Source: Candidatus Moraniibacteriota bacterium
Lineage (GTDB): Bacteria > Patescibacteriota > Minisyncoccia > Moranbacterales > GCA-2747515
Assembly: GCA_942490825.1 (NCBI GenBank)
Contig: CALNYG010000003.1
Span: 68,105-132,104, forward strand
Reading direction: 5' to 3'
Length of the DNA stretch: 64,000 nucleotides
The position numbers were made by a program, and so were the translations under genes. The notes under the pieces are model-generated. The model saw nothing but the letters and a program-made list of their open reading frames with translations, ran no database searches and was not told where the DNA came from. This document shows positions 55,257-64,000 of this stretch, in pieces; the stretch's first letter is position 1, and every line of letters starts with the position of its first letter.

Positions 55257-56987
55257 TTATTTATTTATCAAAATCCTTAAAAAATTAATTGGAAATGTTA
55301 ATAGTTTATATGGTTTTTTAATTGAACGAAAGACTAATTCTCCTAATCTGAACGATTTTGAATTTTGAAGATCAAAAATAATAAAGTCTTGATTCTCTAT
55401 TATACTAACTTTTTTTTGTAATGTCTTTTTTAATTCCACAATTTCTTGTCGTTGAAAGTTCTTAGCACAAAGAGCTTTTTGAACATTTGATGGTTGTAAT
55501 GTCTTTTTTAATTCCACAATTTCTTTTCGTTGAGAGTTCTTAGTACAAGGATCTTTTTGAACATTTAATGGTTGTAATGTCTTTTTTAATTCCACAATTT
55601 CTTTTCGTTGAGGGTTCTTAACACAAGGAGATTTTTGAACATTCGAGGATTGTGACAAAAAGTTGAGTAAATTTGGAAAACAATTTTCATCAATAAAAGG
55701 AACTTTATTCTTAAGCAATGAAATATCTAATTTTTCATTACTTTCAACCAACTCTTTAAGTAAATCAGCGTATTTCTTACCTTGCCTTTTTCTTGAAAAA
55801 TTTTGTTTTGCATATTCTACACAGTCTTTACCACTAATATTACTATTCAAAACTTCATAGACAGCGTCTGCAAAATCATTAACATTTCCTAATTCCACAC
55901 ATCTGCCTCTCAAATCATCTCCTACAATTTCCTTAATAGCACCAGTGTCAAAACCGACAATAGGTGTACCACAAGCAACTGATTCTGCAGCAGTATTTGA
56001 AAAAGTTTCTGCTAAAGAAGGTATAACTGTTATATTAGATTGTGAATACAATTTCGCTAACTCTTTTTTATCATTAATAACACCAACATTTATAATTGGA
56101 TATGGACAACCAATTTTGATCATTCTACTCGATCCAGAACCAGCAACCAGCAACTGTAATTTAAAATCTGGATGTTTCTTCTTAATAATATTTAGAGAAT
56201 CCAAAAATTCATTAAAGCCTTTAACATTACTTCCATGAGAAGGAAGGTGAAATACCGTTGGAATATCACATCTTAAGTTAAGATTTTTTTTAAAACTACC
56301 ATCTTTACTAGGTTTAAATATATCCAAGTCAATAGAATTGCCAATAACTTTAATTGAGCATTTAGATAAAATTGGAGATTTTTCAACTATTTTTTTAGTA
56401 TGTTCACTTAATAAAAAGATTGTAATATTGTCTGTATTCCAGTATTCTTTTTTTATATCAAAAACTTTTTTTGGAAAATTACCTGCTTTATCATTTAGTA
56501 ACTGTGGACAACTTTCACAATTTTTTAACCAATTTTTACAACCATGAAAATAATGACAGCCACCCGCTAATAAATTCATATCTCGAATAATCATAACAAC
56601 GGGAATTCCCAAGTTTGTTAAATAACCAATATCTTCAGCTGTAAGAAATCGAGCAACCCATTGTAAAACTATAACATCTACATCTTTTACAAGCTTATCT
56701 AATGTTTTTCTGTTCAATTTAGGCTCATTTAAACTAAAGATAGTATTATCCTCTTTTTTATTTTTTTCTAACTGTATTTCATCGTAATTTAATCCTATAT
56801 CAGGATTAAGAAAAATATAATTTTTTCCCTCATACATTCTATTGCTAGCTGTCTCTCTTGTTACAAGCTTTGAGTTAATACCATTTATCAAAAGTGAATC
56901 ATGCATACCTGCTGTAGCACACCCTGCCCCACCATACACATAACTTGTAAATATCAAAACATTCATTTTTTTATTATTTTTTTTCAT
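55257..56987 (-). CDS. GT4-like glycosyltransferase with tandem-repeat coiled coil and C-terminal anchor module
   Basis: GT-B core (...IPSLAETFSNTAAESVACGTPIVGFDTGAIKEIV). 3 x 26-aa repeats. C-terminus QNSKSFRLGELVFRSIKKPYKLLTFPINFLRILINK. Confidence 0.8.
   Translation of the reverse strand: MKKNNKKMNVLIFTSYVYGGAGCATAGMHDSLLINGINSKLVTRETASNRMYEGKNYIFLNPDIGLNYDEIQLEKNKKEDNTIFSLNEPKLNRKTLDKLVKDVDVIVLQWVARFLTAEDIGYLTNLGIPVVMIIRDMNLLAGGCHYFHGCKNWLKNCESCPQLLNDKAGNFPKKVFDIKKEYWNTDNITIFLLSEHTKKIVEKSPILSKCSIKVIGNSIDLDIFKPSKDGSFKKNLNLRCDIPTVFHLPSHGSNVKGFNEFLDSLNIIKKKHPDFKLQLLVAGSGSSRMIKIGCPYPIINVGVINDKKELAKLYSQSNITVIPSLAETFSNTAAESVACGTPIVGFDTGAIKEIVGDDLRGRCVELGNVNDFADAVYEVLNSNISGKDCVEYAKQNFSRKRQGKKYADLLKELVESNEKLDISLLKNKVPFIDENCFPNLLNFLSQSSNVQKSPCVKNPQRKEIVELKKTLQPLNVQKDPCTKNSQRKEIVELKKTLQPSNVQKALCAKNFQRQEIVELKKTLQKKVSIIENQDFIIFDLQNSKSFRLGELVFRSIKKPYKLLTFPINFLRILINK
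55416..55650 (-). repeat. 3 x 78-bp in-frame tandem repeat (NVQK..C.KN.QRKEIVELKKTLQP)
   Basis: The AATGTCTTTTTTAATTCCACAATTTCT landmark recurs at 55420, 55498 and 55576. Confidence 0.9.
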
Positions 56988-56989
56988 AA

Positions 56990-58285
56990 TTATTTACCCA
57001 ATAAAATCCTTAAAAAATTTATTGGAAATGTTAATAGTTTATATGGTTTTTTAGTTGAACGAAAGACTAGCGTTCCTATTCTGAATGATTTTGAATTTAT
57101 TATAGCATCTTTCTCTTTTTCTTTCTGAGTTATCATAGCATCTTTCTCTTTTTCTTTCTGAGTTATTATAGCATATTTCTCTTTTTCTTTCTGAGTTATT
57201 ATAGCATTAATCTCTTTTCCTTTCTGAGTTATTATAGCATTAATCTCTTTTCCTTTCTGAGTTATTATAGCATATTTTTGCTGAAGTTCTTGATTTTTTT
57301 GTGCTATTTTTTGATCTTTTTGCTGAAGTTCTTGATTTTTTTGTGCTATTTTTTGATCTTTTTGCTGAAGTTCTTGATTTTTTTGTGCTATTTTTTGATC
57401 TTTTTGCTGAAGTTCTTTATTTTTTTGAGTTAGCTTACATTTAAACTCATTCAATTGATTATCTTTTAATTTAACCCTACCTTCTTGTTTTTCTATTAAA
57501 ATTTTATAACTTGATATTTTTTTTAAATTAAATTTATTTTCCTTTTGAAAATTAACTTTTTCCAAATTAATAAATTCCTCCCAGAAATCAAAATCGTATC
57601 TTTCCCAGGCATGACAACCAAAAGGCAACTTTTTATTTCTCATTTCATACAATCTCTTTGGTTGACATTCAAAAGAAAAATTTATTGCATTATTAACTGG
57701 AGCCACTTTAAAATTCTCTTTAATTTTTTTTGCTTCAAAAGCAAAAAATCCATCTTCATTTGAACCTTTTGCAATAAAATTATCAATAATGTCCCTATTA
57801 TCCTCATCACAATCTAAGACCTCTATGAAACTACTTATTTTTCTCAAAGAAAATCCTCCATTTCCTCCAACCTCCATTAGCTCAGACTTTTCATCACTAG
57901 AACTAAAATTTTTAAACCATGGAGCCCCAATATAATCAAAGTCCTTTTCACACCAATACTCTAATTTATCTCTAAAAACATAAGCATCTAATTGATAAAT
58001 AAGCATAAACTCGTAACTTTTGAATCTATCATAAAAATTTTTACTCATCATCAACCTATTATAGCTCTTTACGCTTTCAAAAAAAGAATCATCAAATTTT
58101 TCTATTGTATAGTTTACATTATGTTTCTTCAAAATAACTTTATATCTTTCTAAAGTTAAACTATTTGGACAAATTAAAGAAAATGAATATTTATTTAAAA
58201 TTTTACAACATTGAACAAAAGAAGATTCTTCAAATCCACTCATTTTCTCATTATATATTGGTATTGCTATTATTACTTTTTTCAT
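56990..58285 (-). CDS. DUF5672-like putative glycosyltransferase with tandem-repeat coiled coil and C-terminal anchor module
   Basis: YQLDAYVF...FDYIGAPWF...GGNGGFSLRK. Repeats QKNQELQQKDQKIA x3 and AIITQKxKExx x5. C-terminus NSKSFRIGTLVFRSTKKPYKLLTFPINFLRILLGK. Confidence 0.7.
   Translation of the reverse strand: MKKVIIAIPIYNEKMSGFEESSFVQCCKILNKYSFSLICPNSLTLERYKVILKKHNVNYTIEKFDDSFFESVKSYNRLMMSKNFYDRFKSYEFMLIYQLDAYVFRDKLEYWCEKDFDYIGAPWFKNFSSSDEKSELMEVGGNGGFSLRKISSFIEVLDCDEDNRDIIDNFIAKGSNEDGFFAFEAKKIKENFKVAPVNNAINFSFECQPKRLYEMRNKKLPFGCHAWERYDFDFWEEFINLEKVNFQKENKFNLKKISSYKILIEKQEGRVKLKDNQLNEFKCKLTQKNKELQQKDQKIAQKNQELQQKDQKIAQKNQELQQKDQKIAQKNQELQQKYAIITQKGKEINAIITQKGKEINAIITQKEKEKYAIITQKEKEKDAMITQKEKEKDAIINSKSFRIGTLVFRSTKKPYKLLTFPINFLRILLGK
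57099..57402 (-). repeat. two adjacent in-frame tandem arrays: 5 x 33 bp (57099-57263) and 3 x 42 bp (57277-57402)
   Basis: 33-bp units start at 57099, 57132, 57165, 57198 and 57231. 42-bp units start at 57277, 57319 and 57361, with a partial fourth. Confidence 0.9.
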
Positions 58286-58309
58286 ATTTTTATTAATAAA
58301 AAAAACATA

Positions 58310-59593
58310 TTAAAATAATTTATTTTTTATTTTTTTTAATCTCTTATTTAAAAATAAATACAGCAAACTCGGATGTCTTGATCCTTGTTTTATACTATCT
58401 TTATAGTGTATATAGATATTTCTAATTATCCAAAATTTTGATTGCTTTATTAAGTTAATATCCTGTTCTTTTTGTTGAATAATAGACTCTTGCTTTTTAA
58501 TTTTTTTATTTTTATTTTTATTTAAAGTTAATTGTTTTTCTATCTCATTATCTTTTTCACTAATAATCAATTCTAACCCCTCACGTGTTTTAAATAAAAA
58601 GTCATAACTACCTTCTAAAAAATTAATCTCATTAAATAATTCTAATTTTTTAATTTTAGAGTTAAATTTTTTATTTTTTGCTTCTTTATATACATTCTCC
58701 AATTTACTTACAACATTGTCAACACCATTTTCTTTTACAACAAGCTCCCTCAATCTCTTTCCTGAGTCAGGGTTATATTTTAGAATTTCTTTCTTAAAAT
58801 CTTCAACTGAATATTCTTTACCAGAAAACCTACCCGATAAACTATTCTTTCTAAAATTAAAGAAATTATCTTCATTGATCATTCCATCTCCTCCATGCAT
58901 ATCAAAAACAATGACATTCCTCTCACATGCCATAGACTCTAGAACGCCTCTTCCTATCGTTACAACTATGTCTGCCTTATTTATCCACTTCTCAACATTT
59001 TTAACTGAATTATTAGGAAGTCCAACATGTAAAACATTTATATCTAATTCTATACAAGCTTTCTCCACAACCTCTTTCACTTTTGGAATATAGTGATTGC
59101 TTAAAACTAAAAGATTTTTTGGCTTTTTATCTACCTTATTAAAAGCATAAAACTTTTCAGCATCAACAAAATTTCTGACTAATTTAATCCTATCATCACT
59201 TATATTATGATTTTGAATAAAATTATTTCTAACTTCCTCGCTAACACTCAAGTAATTCTGTATTCCTAAATCAATTGAAGGCGGCTGCTCTAATTTAGGA
59301 ATAACTCCATGAGACATAAAAATCATAGGCACATCAGAAAAAACCGATCTTGCAATTACAGCAGTTGTATTATGTTGTGCATGTATAACATCAAAATCTA
59401 TTTTTTTCAATCCTATAATATTATTAGTAACTGTTATGCCTTTTTTTCTAATTTCATCAGCTATTACACCTAAAACAGGAGAATAAATGAATACTTCATG
59501 TCCTCTCTTTTGTAATTCTAAAGCTAAACCTTTTGTAAAAAGCTCTGAGCCTGTGTACTGACATAAATAAAAGTTGGTTATTAATATTTTCAT
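58310..59593 (-). CDS. GT4-like glycosyltransferase with a C-terminal coiled coil and basic tail
   Basis: Preferred start MKILITNFY at 59593; the ORF-track start is at 59659. The tail KFWIIRNIYIHYKDSIKQGSRHPSLLYLFLNKRLKKIKN is homologous to an internal segment of 44316-48542. Confidence 0.7.
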   Translation of the reverse strand: MKILITNFYLCQYTGSELFTKGLALELQKRGHEVFIYSPVLGVIADEIRKKGITVTNNIIGLKKIDFDVIHAQHNTTAVIARSVFSDVPMIFMSHGVIPKLEQPPSIDLGIQNYLSVSEEVRNNFIQNHNISDDRIKLVRNFVDAEKFYAFNKVDKKPKNLLVLSNHYIPKVKEVVEKACIELDINVLHVGLPNNSVKNVEKWINKADIVVTIGRGVLESMACERNVIVFDMHGGDGMINEDNFFNFRKNSLSGRFSGKEYSVEDFKKEILKYNPDSGKRLRELVVKENGVDNVVSKLENVYKEAKNKKFNSKIKKLELFNEINFLEGSYDFLFKTREGLELIISEKDNEIEKQLTLNKNKNKKIKKQESIIQQKEQDINLIKQSKFWIIRNIYIHYKDSIKQGSRHPSLLYLFLNKRLKKIKNKLF

Positions 59594-59671
59594 AATCTTT
59601 ATAAAAAATTTGGTTTTTAATAAATATATGATACCATAAATATACATTTTTAAAAACATAAAAAAATAAAT

Positions 59672-60394
59672 ATGAAATCATTTTTATCAATTTTTTTCAA
59701 AAAAAAACAAAAGTTGGTTTTTATAATAGGTGCTCCCAGAAGTGGCACAACATGGCTTTGGAGTCTTATGACGTCTTTTGAAAAAGTTAAAGCAATTGTC
59801 AGAGGAGATTTTGAACCTAATAGCCCTTATATTGAATCAGGAGCTTTTATTTTATACCCTGAAGAAAAAACTCTTTCAGTAATAAACAAAAAAATAAAAG
59901 ATAACCCTAATAAGATTATTATAGAAAAAACCCCTACTCACATAACACGCACAGGAAAAATACTAAAGTTGTTCCCACATGCAAAAATAATATACATTCA
60001 GCGTGATCCTAGAGCTGTAATATCCTCAATGTTATATTCACATTTTTACGAATTTGCCAAAGACATTGATGATGCAATACTAAAATACAAAAAATCTTAT
60101 AATGGCATTAAGCCTCATTTAAAAAACAAAAATCTTCACATCCTGTATTATGAAGATTTAAAAAATGATACTTCTAAAGAAATTTTAAGAATTTTTGATT
60201 TCTTAAAAACCAAAGTTAATAAATCTGAAATTGATAAATCTGTAATAGAAAATACCAATAAGGTAAAAGTTAAAATTAAAGGTGCTTTTAGAAAAGGGGA
60301 GATTGACAGTTATAAAAAAGATTTAACGGGAAAACAAATTAAAACAATAGAAGCTGAATTAAGTGAAATAATGAAAGAACACAATTATTTATAA
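59672..60394 (+). CDS. sulfotransferase (Sulfotransfer_1/3 type)
   Basis: 5'-PSB loop IIGAPRSGTTWLW. 3'-PB motif IYIQRDPRAVISS. The only plus-strand gene in the cluster. Confidence 0.8.
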   Translation: MKSFLSIFFKKKQKLVFIIGAPRSGTTWLWSLMTSFEKVKAIVRGDFEPNSPYIESGAFILYPEEKTLSVINKKIKDNPNKIIIEKTPTHITRTGKILKLFPHAKIIYIQRDPRAVISSMLYSHFYEFAKDIDDAILKYKKSYNGIKPHLKNKNLHILYYEDLKNDTSKEILRIFDFLKTKVNKSEIDKSVIENTNKVKVKIKGAFRKGEIDSYKKDLTGKQIKTIEAELSEIMKEHNYL

Positions 60395-60558
60395 AGTTCA
60401 TTCATTTCATTATCTACCATTTAAATAATAGCTATTTTTCACTCAAAACAATCTTAAATAAATATTTTCCATCACAAACCTAATTGGGAATTTATAGAGA
60501 AATTAAAATAAAAAAACTACTTTATTTATTGTCAAGTAATAAACTTAAGAATTTATTA

Positions 60559-61491
60559 TCATTCCTTATAATTTTCTAAAAACCATTTATAAGTTTTCTC
60601 AACTCCCTCTTTTAATTCAATTTTATGTTTCCATCCAATATTATGAAGTTTTGAAACATCAAGCAATTTTCTATACATTCCATCTGGTTTAGACAAATCA
60701 TGTTGAATTTTTCCATTGAATCCAACTACATTTTGAATAATATTTGTGATTTCATTTATCGTGTTATCAACGCCTGTACCTACATTTACATGTTTAAAAT
60801 CACTATAGTTTTCCATTAAAAATAATAATGCGTCAGCAAGATCATCAACATACATTAACTCACGATAAGGCTTTCCAGTTCCCCAAACAATCACTTCGGA
60901 AGAGTTATTTACTTTTCCGTCATGGAATTTTCTCAATAATGCCGGTAGCAGATGCGATTTTTCATAATCAAAATTATCATTGGGTCCGTATAGGCTGGTC
61001 GGCATTGCAGAAATAAAATCACATCCATATTGTTTCCGATAATAATCGCACATCTTCAAACCGGAAATTTTAGCTAATCCATATGCTTCATTCGTTGGTT
61101 CCAATAATCCGCTTAATAAAGAATCTTCTTTGATTGGCTGTGTAGCATTTGCTGGATAAATGCATGAACTTCCTAAATATAAAAGTTTAGTAACTTTATG
61201 TGTGTATGCTGCATGTATAACATTATTTGCAATCATTGAATTAATATAATAAAAGTCAGCGGGTGCATTCATATTTGCCCAGATACCACCTACTTTTCCA
61301 GCACTCACAAATACAAACTCAGGCTTTTCTTTTTGAAAAAAATCAAAAACTTGATTTTGATTTGTCAGATCTAATTCTGAATGACTTTTATAAATAATAT
61401 TTCTAAAACCTTTTTTTTCTAGATCTCGTAAAATTGCACTGCCAACTAATCCATTGTGTCCAGCTACATAAATTTTTGAATCCTTATTCAT
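60559..61491 (-). CDS. fcl: GDP-L-fucose synthase
   Basis: IYVAGHNGLVGSAI Rossmann motif. GSSCIYP and YGLAK catalytic motifs. Directly downstream of gmd. Ends in TGA. Confidence 0.9.
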   Translation of the reverse strand: MNKDSKIYVAGHNGLVGSAILRDLEKKGFRNIIYKSHSELDLTNQNQVFDFFQKEKPEFVFVSAGKVGGIWANMNAPADFYYINSMIANNVIHAAYTHKVTKLLYLGSSCIYPANATQPIKEDSLLSGLLEPTNEAYGLAKISGLKMCDYYRKQYGCDFISAMPTSLYGPNDNFDYEKSHLLPALLRKFHDGKVNNSSEVIVWGTGKPYRELMYVDDLADALLFLMENYSDFKHVNVGTGVDNTINEITNIIQNVVGFNGKIQHDLSKPDGMYRKLLDVSKLHNIGWKHKIELKEGVEKTYKWFLENYKE

Positions 61492-61495
61492 AATT

Positions 61496-62551
61496 TTATT
61501 TTTTTGACTTTAAATCAACGCCCTCTTTTTTTAAATCAAATTCCATCATAATTTTAACCAACTCTTTAAATTTAGTTTTTGGCTGCCATTTTAATTTTCG
61601 TTTAGCTTTGCCAGGATCACCTAAAAGTAATTCTACTTCAGCCGGACGATAATAACGAGGATCTATTTTAATAATAATTTTTTTAGTTTTTTTGTCTATT
61701 CCAACTTCTTTTTCCTTTTTACCCTTCCATTGCAATTCAATACCCGCTATTTTACAAGATTCTTCTATAAATTCTCTAACAGAATGAGTTTCTCCGGTAG
61801 CCAAAACAAAATCATCAGGTTTGTCTTGTTGTAACATTAACCACATACCTTCAACATAATCTTTTGCATAACCCCAATCTCTTTTAGAATCTAAATTACC
61901 AAGATATAAGCAATCTTGTTTACCAGCTAATATGCGAGATAATGCAATAGTTATTTTTCTGGTTACGAAAGTTTCTCCTCGACGTGGTGATTCATGATTA
62001 AATAAAATTCCATTGCACGCATAAATTCCATAACTCTCGCGATAATTCACGGTAATCCAGTATGAATATAATTTAGCACAGGCATAAGGAGAACGAGGGT
62101 AGAATGGCGTAGTTTCTTTTTGAACAGGCTCTTGGATTAGTCCATATAATTCACTCGTGGAAGCTTGATAAAATTTAGTTTTAATTTTAGAGTCTTTTAT
62201 AGCATCTAATAATCTTAATGTTCCAACCCCAGTTACATCAGCGGTATATTCAGGATTATCAAAACTAACTCCAACGTGACTTTGGGCAGCTAGATTATAT
62301 ATTTCATCAGGTTTAATTTTTTCAATAATTCGAGAAATACTTGAACTATCCGAAAGATCTCCATAATGTAAAAATAATTTCACATCATTAACATGAGGAT
62401 CTTGATATAAATGATCGATCCTTCCAGTATTAAAGGAGCTAGATCGTCGTATCATTCCATGAACTTCATAATTTTTTTCTAAGAGTAGTTCAGTTAGATA
62501 AGCACCATCTTGACCAGTAATTCCAGTTATAAAAGCTTTCTTTTTTTTCAT
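61496..62551 (-). CDS. gmd: GDP-mannose 4,6-dehydratase
   Basis: [66 protein letters not shown]. Confidence 0.92.
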   Translation of the reverse strand: MKKKKAFITGITGQDGAYLTELLLEKNYEVHGMIRRSSSFNTGRIDHLYQDPHVNDVKLFLHYGDLSDSSSISRIIEKIKPDEIYNLAAQSHVGVSFDNPEYTADVTGVGTLRLLDAIKDSKIKTKFYQASTSELYGLIQEPVQKETTPFYPRSPYACAKLYSYWITVNYRESYGIYACNGILFNHESPRRGETFVTRKITIALSRILAGKQDCLYLGNLDSKRDWGYAKDYVEGMWLMLQQDKPDDFVLATGETHSVREFIEESCKIAGIELQWKGKKEKEVGIDKKTKKIIIKIDPRYYRPAEVELLLGDPGKAKRKLKWQPKTKFKELVKIMMEFDLKKEGVDLKSKK

Positions 62552-62587
62552 AATCTAATTATAGTTATTTAAATTCAAATCAACCAA

Positions 62588-63328
62588 TTAAGCATTTATT
62601 ATTCTTCTATATTCCCTCACAACTTCATCAGAATTTCCAATTGCTTTAATTTTACTTTGATCTAAAGCCATGGCCCTATCACAATCCTGCTTAATAATAT
62701 CAGGGTTATGATTAACTAAAACAATAGTTTTTCCCTGCTTTTTAAAATCTTCAAAAACATCCAAACACTTTTTCTTAAAACTAATATCTCCCACGGCCAT
62801 AACTTCATCCATAAGCAAAATATCTCTATTAGCATGAATTGCTACAGAAAAACCTAATCTTCCTCTCATTCCTGAAGAATAATTTTTAACCTTTTGATCA
62901 ATAAATCTACCAATCTCAGAAAATTCCACGATATCATTAAATTTTTCCTCGATATCCTTTTGACTCAATCCTAAAATGATCCCATTCATAAAAATATTAT
63001 CCCTACCAGAAAGCTCATTATTAAAACCAATCCCTAATTCTAAAAAAGGCGACATCATACCGTCTATTTCAATTTCGCCTTTATCTGCCTCATAAACGCC
63101 TGCTAATATTTTTAATAAAGTAGACTTACCAGAACCATTTCTTCCGATAATGCCAAAGGTTTCACCTTTCTTAACTTCAAAAGAAACATCATCTAAAGCA
63201 TTAAACTTTTCGTAATTTCTTTTAGAAAAAATATTAACAAAAGCGCTTCGCATACTGTCTATTTTTTCATGAGGAATTTTAAATGTTTTTGAAACATTCC
63301 TCACTTCTATTGCATTCTCTTTATTCAT
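62588..63328 (-). CDS. polysaccharide/teichoic-acid-type ABC exporter ATP-binding protein (Wzt/TagH-like)
   Basis: Walker A GIIGRNGSGKSTLLK. Signature YSSGMRGRLGFS. Walker B ILLMDEV. At 246 aa it has no C-terminal carbohydrate-binding extension. Confidence 0.85.
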   Translation of the reverse strand: MNKENAIEVRNVSKTFKIPHEKIDSMRSAFVNIFSKRNYEKFNALDDVSFEVKKGETFGIIGRNGSGKSTLLKILAGVYEADKGEIEIDGMMSPFLELGIGFNNELSGRDNIFMNGIILGLSQKDIEEKFNDIVEFSEIGRFIDQKVKNYSSGMRGRLGFSVAIHANRDILLMDEVMAVGDISFKKKCLDVFEDFKKQGKTIVLVNHNPDIIKQDCDRAMALDQSKIKAIGNSDEVVREYRRIINA

Positions 63329-63356
63329 AACGATTTTTAAAATTCTATCATTAAAA

Positions 63357-64000
63357 TTAAATATTTTCTGCTATACCCCCTGATGTTTTTTTGTATACAA
63401 AAAAACTAAAAACAAACCCAATAATAATCAATCCTACAAAAGTATTCACCTGCCATAGATCAGGAAAGTGATCATTTATCAAAGACTCCTTCGTAAAATG
63501 AATAATAAATGCCATAGGATTAGCTAATATTAACTGCTGCACATTTTCTGGCATTATTGTTAAAGGATAAATAATTGGAGTTGCGTAAAAAAGCATCCTA
63601 GTAATAACATCCCAAATCATGGAAAGATCTCTAAATTTAACGTAAAGAGAAGCTGTTAAAAAAGAAAAGGCTACTATAATTACATAAGTCAAGAAAGAAA
63701 AAAAGATAAAAATCATGATAGCACCAAAACTAGGTATCCATCCCTTCCATAAGAAAAATATTGCAACAACAATCAAACTCATACAATAGATTAGAACGGA
63801 ATGTATTGTAGAAGCTAAAATTATCGCCCATCTAGGCACATAGGTTTTTGTAATTAATTGTGACTTTGCTAATAAAGATTTCATTCCTGAAGATGTCCCT
63901 TCATTAAAAAAAGTAAACATCATTATCCCTGTAATCAACTGTAGTGAATAGAATGGATCTCCACCTCCTCGAGCAAAAATTGAGGAAAAAACAAAATTTA
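63357..64000 (-). CDS. ABC-2 type permease (Wzm/TagG-like), 5' end beyond the window
   Basis: Six TM segments are visible. The frame stays open from the TTG at 63938 to the window edge, so the gene is truncated by the window. Confidence 0.8.
   Translation of the reverse strand, partial: NFVFSSIFARGGGDPFYSLQLITGIMMFTFFNEGTSSGMKSLLAKSQLITKTYVPRWAIILASTIHSVLIYCMSLIVVAIFFLWKGWIPSFGAIMIFIFFSFLTYVIIVAFSFLTASLYVKFRDLSMIWDVITRMLFYATPIIYPLTIMPENVQQLILANPMAFIIHFTKESLINDHFPDLWQVNTFVGLIIIGFVFSFFVYKKTSGGIAENI

Noticed and set aside
57099-57402. Regularly spaced short direct repeats that look CRISPR-like at first glance. The same applies to 55416-55650 and 47203-47335.
   Set aside because: The units are contiguous, with no unique spacers. 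Their lengths are multiples of 3, and they lie in frame inside long ORFs, where they encode heptad-like peptide repeats. No cas genes are nearby.
1-64000. Possible alternative genetic code (UGA reassignment, as in some candidate phyla).
   Set aside because: ORFs of up to 1408 codons are free of in-frame TGA. TGA also terminates well-defined genes at the expected C-termini: the cysQ-like gene at 53119 and fcl at 60559. The standard code fits.

Overview
Very AT-rich bacterial window, with a few conspicuous G+C-rich islands. It uses the standard genetic code: TGA is a genuine stop for the cysQ-like and fcl genes. Gene content suggests an uncultured, small-genome lineage such as CPR/Patescibacteria, but that placement is inference only. 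The supporting content is many glycosyltransferases, multicopy GIY-YIG genes, DUF134, and small secreted or anchored proteins. All family calls come from motif recognition by eye; no searches were run.

Layout:
- 1-2.7 kb: small membrane proteins and a DUF134/DUF5320 pair.
- 2.8-5.3 kb: a decayed ISL3 element beside a G+C-rich, pseudogenised nhaA, probably foreign DNA.
- 5.3-17.7 kb: cell-envelope glycosylation genes (flippase-like protein, GT4, GH28, two large GT-C-like membrane proteins), plus rnhB and murA.
- 17.8-20.8 kb: two GIY-YIG nuclease genes, each inside a nested inverted-repeat cassette, flanking a GT4 gene.
- 21-26 kb: rtcB, a GT2, and an orphan groES with a CIRCE operator.
- 26.4-30.8 kb: a ~1201-codon acidic membrane protein gene split by an IS1-family element.
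- 30.8-37 kb: a 1.2-kb non-coding stretch with palindromic repeats, pheA broken by a 40-nt GC-rich palindrome, an empty copy of the GIY-YIG-type cassette, a GtrB-like GT2 and galE.
- 37.2-41.2 kb: a 1315-aa secreted S8 protease / repeat / SpoIID-like chimera.
- 41.7-64 kb: a large, almost entirely minus-strand glycan cluster. It combines gmd/fcl, Wzm/Wzt, at least 8 GT domains, a methyltransferase, two sulfotransferases and a complete PAPS module (sat, cysC, cysQ-like). A second IS1 copy lies inside it.

The strongest candidates for something new are three. First, the sulfated fucose-glycan pathway. Second, its enzymes share a C-terminal anchor module preceded by recently amplified coiled-coil repeats. 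Third, the structured inverted-repeat cassette family associated with the GIY-YIG genes.
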